Assembly: GCA_023701205.1 (NCBI GenBank)
Contig: JAMPXJ010000012.1
Coordinates: 8,797-72,796, forward strand
DNA length: 64,000 nucleotides
DNA from: Oligoflexia bacterium
Lineage (GTDB): Bacteria; Bdellovibrionota; UBA1018
Direction of reading: 5' to 3'
Numbering within the stretch: the first letter of the stretch is position 1; the number at the start of each line of letters is the position of its first letter. This document shows, piece after piece, positions 1 to 9,790 of the stretch. The position numbers and the translations under genes are program-made. The notes under the pieces were generated by a model that saw nothing but the letters and a program-made list of their open reading frames with translations, ran no database searches and was not told where the DNA came from.

Positions 1-566
1 ACGGCGGATCCCGTCGTTTCCAGGCGCGGGAAGCCCAGCTTGCCGAACACGAGCGTGTAGTTGAAGAAGGCGTTCACGAGGTTCGCCAGGACAAGCGCCA
101 CGAGCGCGGGCCGGGGCCGCTGGATCGCCTGCAGGTAGTTGCGGCAGGCGGTGAAGACGAAGGTGGGAAGCAGGCTCCAGGCCAGAACCCTGAAGTACGG
201 CCCCACCTCGGCCTGAACCTCGGGAGCCAGTCCGAAATGGCCGAGGAGGCGCTCCAGGAGCAGCAAGACTCCCGTCAGCGGGGCGCCCACTCCGATCGCA
301 AGGGCGAGCCCTTGCCAGAGGTAGCTCCGGGCTTCGCGGTCTCGTCCCGCTCCGAAGGCATGCGAGATCGGATAATCCATTCCCGCGAGCAGCCCGATCC
401 CGAAGACCAGGAACCAGGTGAAAAGGGAGTTGCTGACTCCCACCGCGCCGATCGGGGCCGCACCCAGCCGACCCACGGCGATCAGATCGACCACCCCCAT
501 GAGCATGATGCCCAGGTAAGTGAGGGCGACCGGAATCGCCAGGCGGACGAGCGGGAGCAGGCTCAC
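1..566 (-). CDS. MATE family multidrug efflux transporter, N-terminal ~188 codons; gene continues beyond window start
   Basis: Reverse-strand translation from GTG at 564-566 reads VSLLPLVRLAIPVALTYLGIMLMGVVDLIAVGRLG... with successive hydrophobic helices typical of MATE N-termini. GTGA start/stop overlap with upstream protease gene. No stop before position 1. Confidence 0.6.
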   Translation of the reverse strand, partial: MSLLPLVRLAIPVALTYLGIMLMGVVDLIAVGRLGAAPIGAVGVSNSLFTWFLVFGIGLLAGMDYPISHAFGAGRDREARSYLWQGLALAIGVGAPLTGVLLLLERLLGHFGLAPEVQAEVGPYFRVLAWSLLPTFVFTACRNYLQAIQRPRPALVALVLANLVNAFFNYTLVFGKLGFPRLETTGSA

Positions 567-3500
567 GGCTTCGCGATGGTCACCGGGATGCGATAAAGCG
601 GCGTACCGTCGGCGGAAAACAGCTCGAGGCGCCCCGTGATCCGGGCCTTGCCCTCACGGAATGCCGCGCTTGAAAGCAGCTTGCTCGCCGCCTGTTGCTC
701 CGAGCCGAAGGCATATGCGACGGAGAAGGTGTTGGGTCCGCCCTGGACGAGCACCGAGCCCGACTCTTCGGCGAAGGCGATGCTCTCCGAGGAGGTGAAC
801 TCGCCCGAGCCGCGCACCTCGAAACCGTCCACGCGAACCGCGTAAGCGGAGCCTGCCTTCGGAACGAAGCTCGCCCGCTCCTCGTCGCTCGAGCCGCCAC
901 TGGTGGCGACGGGCTTGCATTCATCCAGAGAGCTCGCTCCTTCCTGGCATTCCAGGATCGCGAGATCGATGTCGTTGCCGGGAGATTCCCCCGTGGTGAT
1001 GGTCACCGACTTGGCTTCGGCCGGGTAGCTGCGAAGCTCTCCCGAAGAGCCCGGCACGATCACGCTTTGGCCTTTGGCGACCTGAGCTCTCGCCGAGCTT
1101 TGGAGCGCGTCGAGCACGAACCGGCTCCGCGCGCTGTCAGGAGCGACGCTCACGGAACTCTCCACCAGCGTCCAGTCGATCGCGCCGTTGAGCGCGGCGA
1201 GGTCGCCTTCGATTTTCCGGCTGCTCGAGTCGGCCACGATGTAATCCGCGCGAAGCGTGTATTCGGATTCCGGATAGCGATACTGTCCGAACACATGGAC
1301 ATCCCAGGTGCCCGGGCGCGGGTCCGCGGCCGTGAAGCTGAGCTTCCGCTTGGCTTCCTCTCTTACGGGGGCGCCCTGCTTGTCGCAGTTGGCGATCCTG
1401 GCTTCGGGCCGGCTCGGGAAAACGCCGCTCAGGTTGTTGCCTTGGAGCGCCATCAGCTCGACGCCCGAGCACGGCTTGCCCGCTTGATGAGGCGGGACTT
1501 CGAGGGTGATCCGAACGAGGCTGGTGCCCTGCGGAATCCTGACGTAGTTGCGCGCGACTCCGAAGCTCTTGATGCGCCCCTGGACTTCATAGCCTGTCGA
1601 ATCGGTGAGCTGGCGATGGGGAACCCGCAGGAACACCGGGATCCAGAAGGACGGAACGGCGGAGACCTTCCCGCCGGCCGTGCGATAGGCCGCGATCAGC
1701 GCGCCGTGGTCGCCCGGGGCGAGCTCGCGCGCGATCTTCTCCCGGTCGATGCAGACATGGATCATGCTCGCCACGTGCGGGTTGATCCTCGCTTTGCCGT
1801 TCTCGCCGGCGATGATCTCGGCGCCGCGTCCGAGGATCACCGCGTTGGCGACGTCTTCGGAGCTGCAATCGACGCTTTCCAGCGCCCCGGCGCGCACCCA
1901 GGCGCTCTCCGAGCCATAGTACGTCGTCTTGAGAACGAACTCGTCCATCGTGGTCAGCAGCTGAGCGGTGAGCTCGCCGGCGTCCGGTCCGGCGGCCAGA
2001 TGCTCGGGCAGCTGGCGGACGATGTGCACGTTATGGAGCTTCTCCGTCCCGGCGTAATCCAGGTACAGCCCCGTGCCGAAAACCGGCTCGCCGCGACCGG
2101 TGAGCGTGCCGTCATACGGCAGCCCGTGCGGGCCGGTGAGCGAGGTGAGGACCTGATAGTCGAGCTCGACGGGCTGTCCGTCGAGTGTAACAGCGGTCGG
2201 GATCCGCTCGTCGGCGTACTGCCGGAGTTTCTTCCAGGCCGCGACGAGATCGACCATCCCGGTGCCCTGGTCGGCCCAGGTGTACTGGCCCAGGCGGCGC
2301 TCGCCCGTCGACGGATCGAAACGATTCACGTCAAACGCGCGTGCGCTCTCGATGAGCACGCGCCGGAGGACGGGCGCGGAGGCGGGGAGCGCTTTTTCGG
2401 GATGGGCCGCATTGTATTTCTGGATCGCGTCGAGCAGAAGCGCGTAAGCTCCCGTCGCGGCAGGTGCCGCCATCGACGTGCCCCAATAAACGTCGAGCCC
2501 GCCGCGCCCGCCCGGAGCGGTGTTGAGCTGGATCGAGCTCAGCTGCGTGCCCGGCGCGACGACGTTGGGCTTGAAACCGCCGGCGGCGGTGGGTCCCCGG
2601 CTGCTGAAGAAGAAGACGAAATCGGAATCGTCCTGCGGCGTCCGAAGCGGATTCGTGGCGGGCCACTGGTACTGGCGCTGGATCATTCCGACCGAAGCCG
2701 CGGCGCCCACGCTGAGAGAGAGACGCGCCACCGACGGGCTACCCACCGTCTGCGAGCCCGGGCCGGAGTTGCCGGCGGAGACGACCATCAGGACGTTCTG
2801 CACCTGCGTGAGGCGGTTCAGCGTGGTTTCCTGCACGCCATAGCCGTCGTTGAAGGGGCTCAGCCCGCCGAGCGACATGTTGATCACCTGCGCGCGGCCG
2901 TTGACGGCGAGATCGACCATGGCCTGGGTCGCGTTGCAGCCGGTGTTGTTCGCGCAGACGCGGTTCATGAGGATCGCCGCGTCCGGTGCCACGCCGCGCG
3001 CGAGCGTCTTCTCGTCGTCGTTGAAGATCGTGCGCGAGCCTGCCGCGATTCCCGCGACATGCGAGCCGTGGTTCCCCGGATCGAAGCCCACGATCGAGGC
3101 GCTGCGGACGGGAACTTCCCCCTTGCCGTCGGCGCGCGGCAGCTTGTCGTCGCTCAGGTCGAAGCCGATCTTCTCGGCAAAGGCCGCGACCGTGTCCCTG
3201 CTCGAGTTCCAGCTCGCGAGCGGCCGCGAGCCGCGGAAGTCGCGCGTGCCGGTGAGATCCGCGTACAGGCGGTCCTCCACCGGGGTCTTGCCCGGGATCA
3301 GGAAAAAGAAGATCCGGTCGTTGAGCTTGCCGTTGCCGTTGAGGTCGACGGCTTCGGCTTCCGAGCTCATCGACTCCTCGAGCAGCACGCCGAGCCGGGC
3401 GGTCGGGCCGGCGGCCAGGAGCGCGGCCTTGAGCTCGGGCGACACCTTGAATTTCACGTTCTCGACCATCGTGAGCTCGTCCCCCGCGGGGAGCGAGGGA

Positions 3501-4435
3501 AGCTTCGGCGTGACGATCACCTGGCCGGAGACCAGGAGCTCGTCCGTGGCGAGCTCGGCGGGCGCGGCGGCCTGGAAGAACGTCGAAGGCGCCAAGTTGA
3601 AATAGATCCGGCCCTCGCGCGTGAAATCGCGCATGTAAACGATGCGGTTGCGCTTGCGATCCGAGGAGAGGAAGGTGCGGTGATTGAAGGTGATGCCCGT
3701 GTCGGTGACGCCCAGCCTCACGCTGTCGCCGTTCACGCGGGCATCGCCGCCGATGTCGCCTTCGGCGAGTCGGACGAATTCGACGGCACGCATCTTCTCG
3801 ATCCCGCTGAAAAGCGCGCTATCGCCGCGGAGCGAGCCGGTCCGCGGCTGGAGCCCCTCGGCCGCGGGAGTGAGGGCCTTCACCTGCCGGAGCGAGTCGC
3901 GATCGATGGCGACGGGATTGAGCGTGAGGCCCTGGAGTTTGAGCCCTTTGAGCGGCGCCATCATATCCGGCTGATAAGGCAGCAGGAAGGTGAAGTAGCC
4001 GGCTTCCTCGTACTGGCTGAGCGCGATCCCGCCGATCTCGCGCAACCGCGCGTGGATTTTCTCGAGCTCCGCGCCGATCGTCGCGACGCGTTCCTGCCGG
4101 GACGGGGTGGCCACCGACGCGAGCAGCGAGTCGAAGGTCGCGTCGAGGAAGGCGCCTTCGACCGCGAAGTAAGGCTTTCCCGCCACCGGGTGCAAGGCTA
4201 CTTCGGCGGAGGCGGCCTCCTCCAGCGAGACGGGAGTCGCCGAGAGCCCCGCGTCGGGGATCCAGACGCGGATCACCGCCGGGAGGCGAGTCATGTCGAT
4301 CTCTTCGCCGTAAACGGGACGGATCCGCGAAGGCTCTTCCACCTTCGCGCCGGAGGGCGCGGGCTTGGAACACCCCGCGAGCAGCATGGTCAGTCCAACG
4401 GCAAAGAGCGTGTTCAGGAAAAGAGATGACTTCAT
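563..4435 (-). CDS. large subtilisin-like serine protease (peptidase S8) lipoprotein, 1290 aa
   Basis: Lipobox signal MKSSLFLNTLFAVGLTMLLAGC. Catalytic triad motifs LGVTDTGI (Asp), NHGSHVAGIAAG (His), GTSMAAPAATGAYALL (Ser). Long C-terminal extension. Confidence 0.85.
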   Translation of the reverse strand: MKSSLFLNTLFAVGLTMLLAGCSKPAPSGAKVEEPSRIRPVYGEEIDMTRLPAVIRVWIPDAGLSATPVSLEEAASAEVALHPVAGKPYFAVEGAFLDATFDSLLASVATPSRQERVATIGAELEKIHARLREIGGIALSQYEEAGYFTFLLPYQPDMMAPLKGLKLQGLTLNPVAIDRDSLRQVKALTPAAEGLQPRTGSLRGDSALFSGIEKMRAVEFVRLAEGDIGGDARVNGDSVRLGVTDTGITFNHRTFLSSDRKRNRIVYMRDFTREGRIYFNLAPSTFFQAAAPAELATDELLVSGQVIVTPKLPSLPAGDELTMVENVKFKVSPELKAALLAAGPTARLGVLLEESMSSEAEAVDLNGNGKLNDRIFFFLIPGKTPVEDRLYADLTGTRDFRGSRPLASWNSSRDTVAAFAEKIGFDLSDDKLPRADGKGEVPVRSASIVGFDPGNHGSHVAGIAAGSRTIFNDDEKTLARGVAPDAAILMNRVCANNTGCNATQAMVDLAVNGRAQVINMSLGGLSPFNDGYGVQETTLNRLTQVQNVLMVVSAGNSGPGSQTVGSPSVARLSLSVGAAASVGMIQRQYQWPATNPLRTPQDDSDFVFFFSSRGPTAAGGFKPNVVAPGTQLSSIQLNTAPGGRGGLDVYWGTSMAAPAATGAYALLLDAIQKYNAAHPEKALPASAPVLRRVLIESARAFDVNRFDPSTGERRLGQYTWADQGTGMVDLVAAWKKLRQYADERIPTAVTLDGQPVELDYQVLTSLTGPHGLPYDGTLTGRGEPVFGTGLYLDYAGTEKLHNVHIVRQLPEHLAAGPDAGELTAQLLTTMDEFVLKTTYYGSESAWVRAGALESVDCSSEDVANAVILGRGAEIIAGENGKARINPHVASMIHVCIDREKIARELAPGDHGALIAAYRTAGGKVSAVPSFWIPVFLRVPHRQLTDSTGYEVQGRIKSFGVARNYVRIPQGTSLVRITLEVPPHQAGKPCSGVELMALQGNNLSGVFPSRPEARIANCDKQGAPVREEAKRKLSFTAADPRPGTWDVHVFGQYRYPESEYTLRADYIVADSSSRKIEGDLAALNGAIDWTLVESSVSVAPDSARSRFVLDALQSSARAQVAKGQSVIVPGSSGELRSYPAEAKSVTITTGESPGNDIDLAILECQEGASSLDECKPVATSGGSSDEERASFVPKAGSAYAVRVDGFEVRGSGEFTSSESIAFAEESGSVLVQGGPNTFSVAYAFGSEQQAASKLLSSAAFREGKARITGRLELFSADGTPLYRIPVTIAKP

Positions 4436-4504
4436 GGAATCCCCCGGCGCCCTTGATGCGTCAGATCGTGGGAGATGTCAAATCGCGCGTGCTGGCGCGC
4501 AGCG

Positions 4505-6475
4505 TTAGTGGCTCTGGGTATTCAGCTCCGGATCGGAGAGGCGCAGAAAGAGCGTCACTCGCGCATTCTCCAGCTCTGTCAAACCGGATTCCAAGGCTTC
4601 GGGAGGGCCGAAACGCGCGGCCTCATAGGCGTTGAGCCACTCTCGCAGCGCAAGCAAGGTCTCGGGGCCGAGCCGATGTCCCGCAAGCCGGCGTTCGAGC
4701 TTCCGGCGCACCCTGGGCAGTCCCCGCCGGGCGGGATCGGGCACATAGCGCGGTGCGCTCGCTCGGCCGCGTCGGCTGAGTGCATAGGCCAGCGCCAGGA
4801 GCAGGCCACCTCCGGCCAGTCCCAGCGGAAGTCCGCTCCAGGTGAACCCATTGGCCGCGGAGCGCAGCGATTGCCACGGGTTTCCCTCATAAGTCACGAC
4901 CAGCCGGTACCAGTAGGCCGAGAGCAGGTCCGCCAGCCGCAGGAGGTATTCCGAAACGGAGACATCGAGCAGAACCCGCGGCGTGGGGTCGAGCGGGGTC
5001 CAGCCGCGCTCCTCGCTCCAGTACTCAAGCCAGGCGTGCGCATCCGCGTTGCGCAGGCTCAGGGTTCCGCCGAGCTGGGGCGAGGCGATCCTGAAGCCGG
5101 TCACGAGTCGCGTGGGAATGCCCGCGAAGCGAAGCAAGAGCGCCGCGGACGAGGCGAACCACTCGCAGTGCCCCTGCCGGGTGATGAAAAGAAACTGCTC
5201 GAGCGGCGCGAAGGCCAGGCCGCTCAGGCTCTTGGTCAGGTACTCGTCCATCATGCCGGGCACCGCCGAGTACTTTTCCGTCGCGAAAAAAGCGCTCAGG
5301 CGGGAAACCCGCTCGCGATCCGTGCGCGCGTTCGCGAATATCCGGCGCGCCAGGCGCTGCATCCGTTCCGTGCGCAGCACCGGCGGCACGGCGCGATTCT
5401 CTTCCCGGGGCGGATCCGTCTTCTCCCGGCCGGAGCGATCCTTCTGAGACGCCGAAAGCTGGAACTGATAGCGGACGCGCCGGCCGCGCGCGAACGGACT
5501 GAGCCATTCTCCGGAGTCCCGTCGGCTCACGGGGCGGATGTGGCCCGACTCCAGCTCCTGGAGCCCGAGGGTGCCGTAGGGCGCGGGAAACGCCTCGCTG
5601 TCGATCGCTTCGCGCACGGCCTCGACCGTGATGGTCGGCCCGCCTGCCTCCGCCGGCTTACCGCCTCTTTTCAACAGGCGCTTCCAGTTCTTCCCGTCGA
5701 ACGCATCCAGCGTGACCGAGCGGATCAGCCCCAAGCCGATCTCGGTGGTGAGGTCGATTCCGTCCGGCGGATAGAGCCGGAGCACCGTCTGGGTGTCGCC
5801 CGAGCTGGTCATCGGGGACCACTCGCTCAGACCTACCTTCTCGGTATATCCCGGCAGGATCCGCCCCCAGCCGAGGCTCGCGCTCCCGCGCGGGCGCGGC
5901 AGGATCGGGAAGATCAGCGCGGTCATGAAAAGCATCAACAGGCACTGGAGGGAGACCCGGCGCAGAAAGCCGCGCGGAAGGGGCGCGTCCCGGAGCGCCG
6001 GCGCCCGCGCGGCGAACTCCTGGTCGAGAAACGCGCAGGAGAGCGCCAGCGCCGCGGAGACCACGAACGCGAGCAGGCAGAGCGGGATCCACAGCTCGGT
6101 CGAGACCACGGACGCCACGATCAGCTCGGCCAGGCCCAGGCCCGCTCTCCAGCCCAGATGGCGCTGGTCCGTGCGCGGGAGGAGCCACAGCAGCGCATGG
6201 GTCGAGGGCAACGCGTGCATCGCGGCCGTCACCGGATGCGCGCCGAAAAGATGCCAGGCCGAGAAGGTGGCGGCGACCGCGATCCCGAGCGCGGCGAGCA
6301 GCGCGCGGGGAGGAAGGCGGAAGAAGGGCCGGAAGAGCAGCGGCGAGAGCAGCAGCGGAAGGAGCAGGGACGCGGCGCCGAGCTCGCCGGTGCCAAAGAG
6401 CGCGGCCATGCCCAGGAGGTCCAAAAAGCTCACGGTGAGGTTGGCGCCCTGCCGGGCTGAAAGTCCGGGTCTCAT
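4505..6475 (-). CDS. transglutaminase-like membrane protein (TgpA-like: multi-TM N-terminus + Cys-His-Asp transglutaminase core + C-terminal tail)
   Basis: Motifs QGHCEWFASSAALLLRFAGIPTRLVTGF and DAHAWLEYW. N-terminal hydrophobic helices. ATGA overlap with upstream DUF58 gene. Confidence 0.8.
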   Translation of the reverse strand: MRPGLSARQGANLTVSFLDLLGMAALFGTGELGAASLLLPLLLSPLLFRPFFRLPPRALLAALGIAVAATFSAWHLFGAHPVTAAMHALPSTHALLWLLPRTDQRHLGWRAGLGLAELIVASVVSTELWIPLCLLAFVVSAALALSCAFLDQEFAARAPALRDAPLPRGFLRRVSLQCLLMLFMTALIFPILPRPRGSASLGWGRILPGYTEKVGLSEWSPMTSSGDTQTVLRLYPPDGIDLTTEIGLGLIRSVTLDAFDGKNWKRLLKRGGKPAEAGGPTITVEAVREAIDSEAFPAPYGTLGLQELESGHIRPVSRRDSGEWLSPFARGRRVRYQFQLSASQKDRSGREKTDPPREENRAVPPVLRTERMQRLARRIFANARTDRERVSRLSAFFATEKYSAVPGMMDEYLTKSLSGLAFAPLEQFLFITRQGHCEWFASSAALLLRFAGIPTRLVTGFRIASPQLGGTLSLRNADAHAWLEYWSEERGWTPLDPTPRVLLDVSVSEYLLRLADLLSAYWYRLVVTYEGNPWQSLRSAANGFTWSGLPLGLAGGGLLLALAYALSRRGRASAPRYVPDPARRGLPRVRRKLERRLAGHRLGPETLLALREWLNAYEAARFGPPEALESGLTELENARVTLFLRLSDPELNTQSH

Positions 6476-7362
6476 CGGCCGCCCCCGGGGGCCGGCCCTG
6501 GCTCCGGTTTCAGGAGGGCGAGCGCATCCAGGCTGCGCTCGAGACCGCGGGTCACCTGCCGGGTGCCGGTGTCCTCGCCCGCGCCCCGGAGCAGGGTGAG
6601 AGTCACGGCGGAAGCCTCCTCGGGCGCGGTCTCGTAGAGGGTTTTCGCGATTTCCGAGATCCTTGCCTCCAGGTCGGGCTCGGCGAGCCCGCGAGGATCC
6701 AGGAAGGGGCGGGCGGCGGGATTGCCGCCCGCGCGCGCGCGGACGAGCGGCTCGGGCTCCTTCGAGCTCAAAGTCCAGACGATGCTGCGGAAGTCATCGC
6801 CCGGCGCGAACGGCCGGATCCGGTCATCGCTGCCTCGCGGGCTTTGCGGCTCGCGGGCGCTCTTGGGCGTCGCGGGCGAGGGCCACACGATCCGTTCGCT
6901 GGGCACGCCCTGCAGCCGGATCTTCCGCGCGAGGCCGAAAGGATAGCGGGTGACCACCGCGAGCGAGGACCAGGAGTGGCGCCCGCGGAGGGGCAAGATC
7001 TGAAGACTGGGAAGCCGGAGCGTTTCGCCGGGATCCAGCCGAGGGAAGTAGGCGAGGGGCATGCCCTGGCCGCGCTGCCACTCACAGATTTCGATGCAGA
7101 AAACCGGCGTCTTCCCTCGGTTCGTCAGCTCGACGAGATCGCCCACGCGCTTCCCGGCGATCGCCTGGCCGCGCAGGATGCGCAGCTCGACGGAGTGGAC
7201 GAACTTCTCCGAGAGCACCCCTGAAAGAAGGATCGCGCTCAGGAGCAGGCTCTCGATGAGGTAAAGCGCGTTGTTCGCCGAAGCGATCGCGGCGAAGCCC
7301 AGGCCCAGGGTGAAGGCGACGTACCATCGCCCCGCGACGCTCAGGCGCAGGAGACGCTTCAT
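6472..7362 (-). CDS. DUF58 family protein (vWA-like partner of MoxR ATPases)
   Basis: Two N-terminal TM helices followed by a DUF58-like region. Sits between MoxR and TgpA in the conserved triad. ATGA overlaps at both ends. Confidence 0.7.
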   Translation of the reverse strand: MKRLLRLSVAGRWYVAFTLGLGFAAIASANNALYLIESLLLSAILLSGVLSEKFVHSVELRILRGQAIAGKRVGDLVELTNRGKTPVFCIEICEWQRGQGMPLAYFPRLDPGETLRLPSLQILPLRGRHSWSSLAVVTRYPFGLARKIRLQGVPSERIVWPSPATPKSAREPQSPRGSDDRIRPFAPGDDFRSIVWTLSSKEPEPLVRARAGGNPAARPFLDPRGLAEPDLEARISEIAKTLYETAPEEASAVTLTLLRGAGEDTGTRQVTRGLERSLDALALLKPEPGPAPGGGR

Positions 7363-8309
7363 TTCGGTGGGCGGACCTTCTCGAGCAGTTCCCGGATCGC
7401 GGCGTTGCGGGAGCTGTCGTCGGCGGGATTTCCCGTGCCGCCCGAAAAAAGGCTCAGCCGGTGCGCGAGCGCCGGCACGGCCAGATCGGCCACGTCCTGG
7501 GGCGTGACGAACTTCCGCGCGCGCACGAAGGCCAGGGCCCTTGCCGCGGCGAGCAGCTGCAAGCCGCCGCGCACGGAGACGCCGGCCGCGACATCGCGCA
7601 GGGAGCGGGTCTGGCGCACGAGCTCGGAGGCGTATTCGATCACGGTTTTCTCGACGTAGGTCCGGCGCGCCTCGCGGAGCAGCTCGCGGGTTTGCTCCAG
7701 ATGCAGCGCGGAGTGCTCGAGCGCGGCGGGGGCATCAGGGTCTTCGGAGCGCGTCGCGAGCTCTTCATAGATCCGGAGCTCCTCCTCCCGTCCCGGGTGC
7801 CGCACCGGGAGCTTGAGCATGAAGCGGTCGAGCTGGCTTTCGGCCAGCGGGAAGACGCCATGGAACTCCAGCGGATTCTGTGTCGCCACGACGAAGAACG
7901 GTTTGGGCAGGGGATGGCTCACGCCATCCACGGTCACGGTGTTTTCGGCCATGGCTTCGAGCAGCGCGCTCTGGGTCTTGGGGCTGGAGCGGTTGAGTTC
8001 GTCGGCGAGCAGGAAGTTGCTGAAGACAGGGCCCTGCCGGAACTCGAAATCCGAGGCGCCGGGCTTGAGCCGCAGCACCCCTACGATGTCGCTCGGAAGC
8101 AGGTCGCTCGTCATCTGGACCCGCCGGAACGCGCCGCCGAACGCGCGGGCCATCGCCTTGGCCAGCGAGGTCTTGCCCGTGCCGGGCGGCCCCTCGAGCA
8201 GGAGGTGGCCTCCCGCCAGGAAGCACGCCAGCGAGAGCTCGATGAGCTCGCGGGCGCCTTTGAGCTGGTGTTCCAGGCTTTCGCGGACCGCGGCGATGGT
8301 CGGGGTCAT
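7359..8309 (-). CDS. MoxR-like AAA+ ATPase
   Basis: Walker A LEGPPGTGKTS, Walker B FLLADELNRSSPKTQSALLEAMAE. Start chosen at internal ATG (MTPTIAAV) preceded by GGAAGGAG RBS; ORF-track start at 8378 would overlap the next gene. Confidence 0.9.
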   Translation of the reverse strand: MTPTIAAVRESLEHQLKGARELIELSLACFLAGGHLLLEGPPGTGKTSLAKAMARAFGGAFRRVQMTSDLLPSDIVGVLRLKPGASDFEFRQGPVFSNFLLADELNRSSPKTQSALLEAMAENTVTVDGVSHPLPKPFFVVATQNPLEFHGVFPLAESQLDRFMLKLPVRHPGREEELRIYEELATRSEDPDAPAALEHSALHLEQTRELLREARRTYVEKTVIEYASELVRQTRSLRDVAAGVSVRGGLQLLAAARALAFVRARKFVTPQDVADLAVPALAHRLSLFSGGTGNPADDSSRNAAIRELLEKVRPPK

Positions 8310-8316
8310 GCGCGCC

Positions 8317-8886
8317 TCAAGGCTCCTTCCGTCCCAGCATCCCCGCTTTGAGGCCGGAATTGGGCGGATTTTTTCCAAGCCAGGTGGCGAGCAGGATGGT
8401 TCCGAATTTCTCGGATTCGATCGCCGTCGGAGCCGAGTCGCGGACCGCGACCTCGACCTTGCCCGGCAGGAAAGTGAAACTCAGCCGGTCGCCGGACCGA
8501 AGATCCGGCATGAGGGAGTTGAGCCGGGCCAGCGCGTGCGAGGTGCTCCCGCAGTCGGCGCCGCAGTTCTTCTCGAAAGCTTCCTTCCAGGCGTCGCGGA
8601 TCTTCCCGGCGTCGACCTCGCGCACGAAGTGGAGCAGCACTCTCTTGATTCCCGGGGAGGCGAGGATTTCCTCAGCGTTATGAGAAGGGGCTTCCAGATA
8701 AAGCGCTCCCACGTAGACCTTGACCTTGAAGAGGGTCGCCTCCCGCGCGCCCAGGCCGTTGAGAACGAGGCTCTTTCCACCGGACTTCTGGGTTTCAGGC
8801 ATCTCCACCCCGAGCAGGCTGGCGGCGTTCGCACTCAGCACGGAGATCCCCAGGGCAATCAGCGCGACAGAACGAAAAGGTTTCAT
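8317..8886 (-). CDS. chalcone isomerase-like family protein, secreted
   Basis: Signal peptide MKPFRSVALIALGISVLSANA. Motif LNGLGAREATLFKVKVYVGALYL characteristic of bacterial CHI-like (fatty-acid-binding fold) proteins. Confidence 0.65.
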   Translation of the reverse strand: MKPFRSVALIALGISVLSANAASLLGVEMPETQKSGGKSLVLNGLGAREATLFKVKVYVGALYLEAPSHNAEEILASPGIKRVLLHFVREVDAGKIRDAWKEAFEKNCGADCGSTSHALARLNSLMPDLRSGDRLSFTFLPGKVEVAVRDSAPTAIESEKFGTILLATWLGKNPPNSGLKAGMLGRKEP

Positions 8887-8917
8887 TGGGAATATCATAC
8901 TCGCAAGCTCGTCTCGA

Positions 8918-8948
8918 AAAAAGCAATCCGTATGCCGGATTGCTTTTT
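8918..8948. promoter_or_regulatory. 13-bp perfect inverted repeat (AAAAAGCAATCCG / CGGATTGCTTTTT, 5-nt spacer) in divergent intergenic region; candidate operator or bidirectional hairpin
   Basis: Read directly from sequence between the divergently oriented CHI-like gene and the secreted protein gene. Confidence 0.5.
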
Positions 8949-9002
8949 GATGATGCAGCCGGTATAAGGCCCGAAATTCCGGAACTTCATAGGGGGTATG
9001 AA

Positions 9003-9755
9003 ATGAAATTCGGGTATCGGGGCGTTTTGGCGCAGGTGGTTGTTTTCGGGTTGCTCACGGCTTCGGGGGGCGCGGGGCTCTTCGCCGGCATGGCGCAGGC
9101 CGCCGACAGCGAGACCGAAAAGTATTTCACGATCGAAGCCGTCAAGCTCACGCTTCTTGAATCCTCAGAGGAAGTCGAGCCCTCTTGGGTCGGAATCAAT
9201 CCTCCCGGCGTGAACACGCCGTCGCCGATGCCGGTTCCCTCGCCATCAGGCTCCGGGATCACCGGGCCGAGCATCCTGGATGAGTTCATCAACTTGGGCA
9301 AGCAGGCTTGGCAGATCGTGGTCGAAAACCGCCCGGTTGCCAACTTCCGTCAGAGCTCGGCGAGCGTGGTGCCCAAGGGAATCCAGGACTGGCAGGAGCT
9401 TCAGGGCTGGCAAGCTCCGCGCTCGCAGACCTACCGGCTTTCCTTCAGCAACGGCTTCGGCTCGGACGTCGTGCGCTTCGATTACCGGATTCTCTACACC
9501 CATGGCGGCAACGTCAAAGGCAAGGGTCGTTACCTCGCCAACGTGACCATCGTCCCGGCGAGCCTCGAAGTTTCCTGGGGCTTCACCTTCAACGCCGACG
9601 TCGCCATTCCCAGCATCACCAACGCCGGAACGCATGCCGATCCCATCGCCGCGGCCGAGCTGCAGGTTCACTGGAGCGCCGATTCGGTGCTCAAGCATCT
9701 CGAAGGCACGGATAACTTCTACATCCGCGGCGACGGCACCCTTCAGTCGCTCTGA
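9003..9755 (+). CDS. secreted hypothetical protein (~250 aa)
   Basis: ATG at 9003 after AGGGGG RBS. Signal peptide MKFGYRGVLAQVVVFGLLTASGGAGLFAGMAQA. No recognisable catalytic motif. Confidence 0.55.
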   Translation: MKFGYRGVLAQVVVFGLLTASGGAGLFAGMAQAADSETEKYFTIEAVKLTLLESSEEVEPSWVGINPPGVNTPSPMPVPSPSGSGITGPSILDEFINLGKQAWQIVVENRPVANFRQSSASVVPKGIQDWQELQGWQAPRSQTYRLSFSNGFGSDVVRFDYRILYTHGGNVKGKGRYLANVTIVPASLEVSWGFTFNADVAIPSITNAGTHADPIAAAELQVHWSADSVLKHLEGTDNFYIRGDGTLQSL

Positions 9756-9790
9756 GCGCGGGCGGGCGCGACACGGGCACGTCTCGATCG

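Noticed and set aside
695-4429. 1244-aa ORF on + strand
   Set aside because: Exact antisense of the S8 protease gene. Arg/Gly/Ala-rich, low-complexity translation with no motifs; typical stop-codon-free antisense frame in high-GC DNA.
4475-6460. 661-aa + strand ORF
   Set aside because: Antisense to the TgpA-like gene, which carries real transglutaminase motifs. Translation is Arg-rich nonsense.
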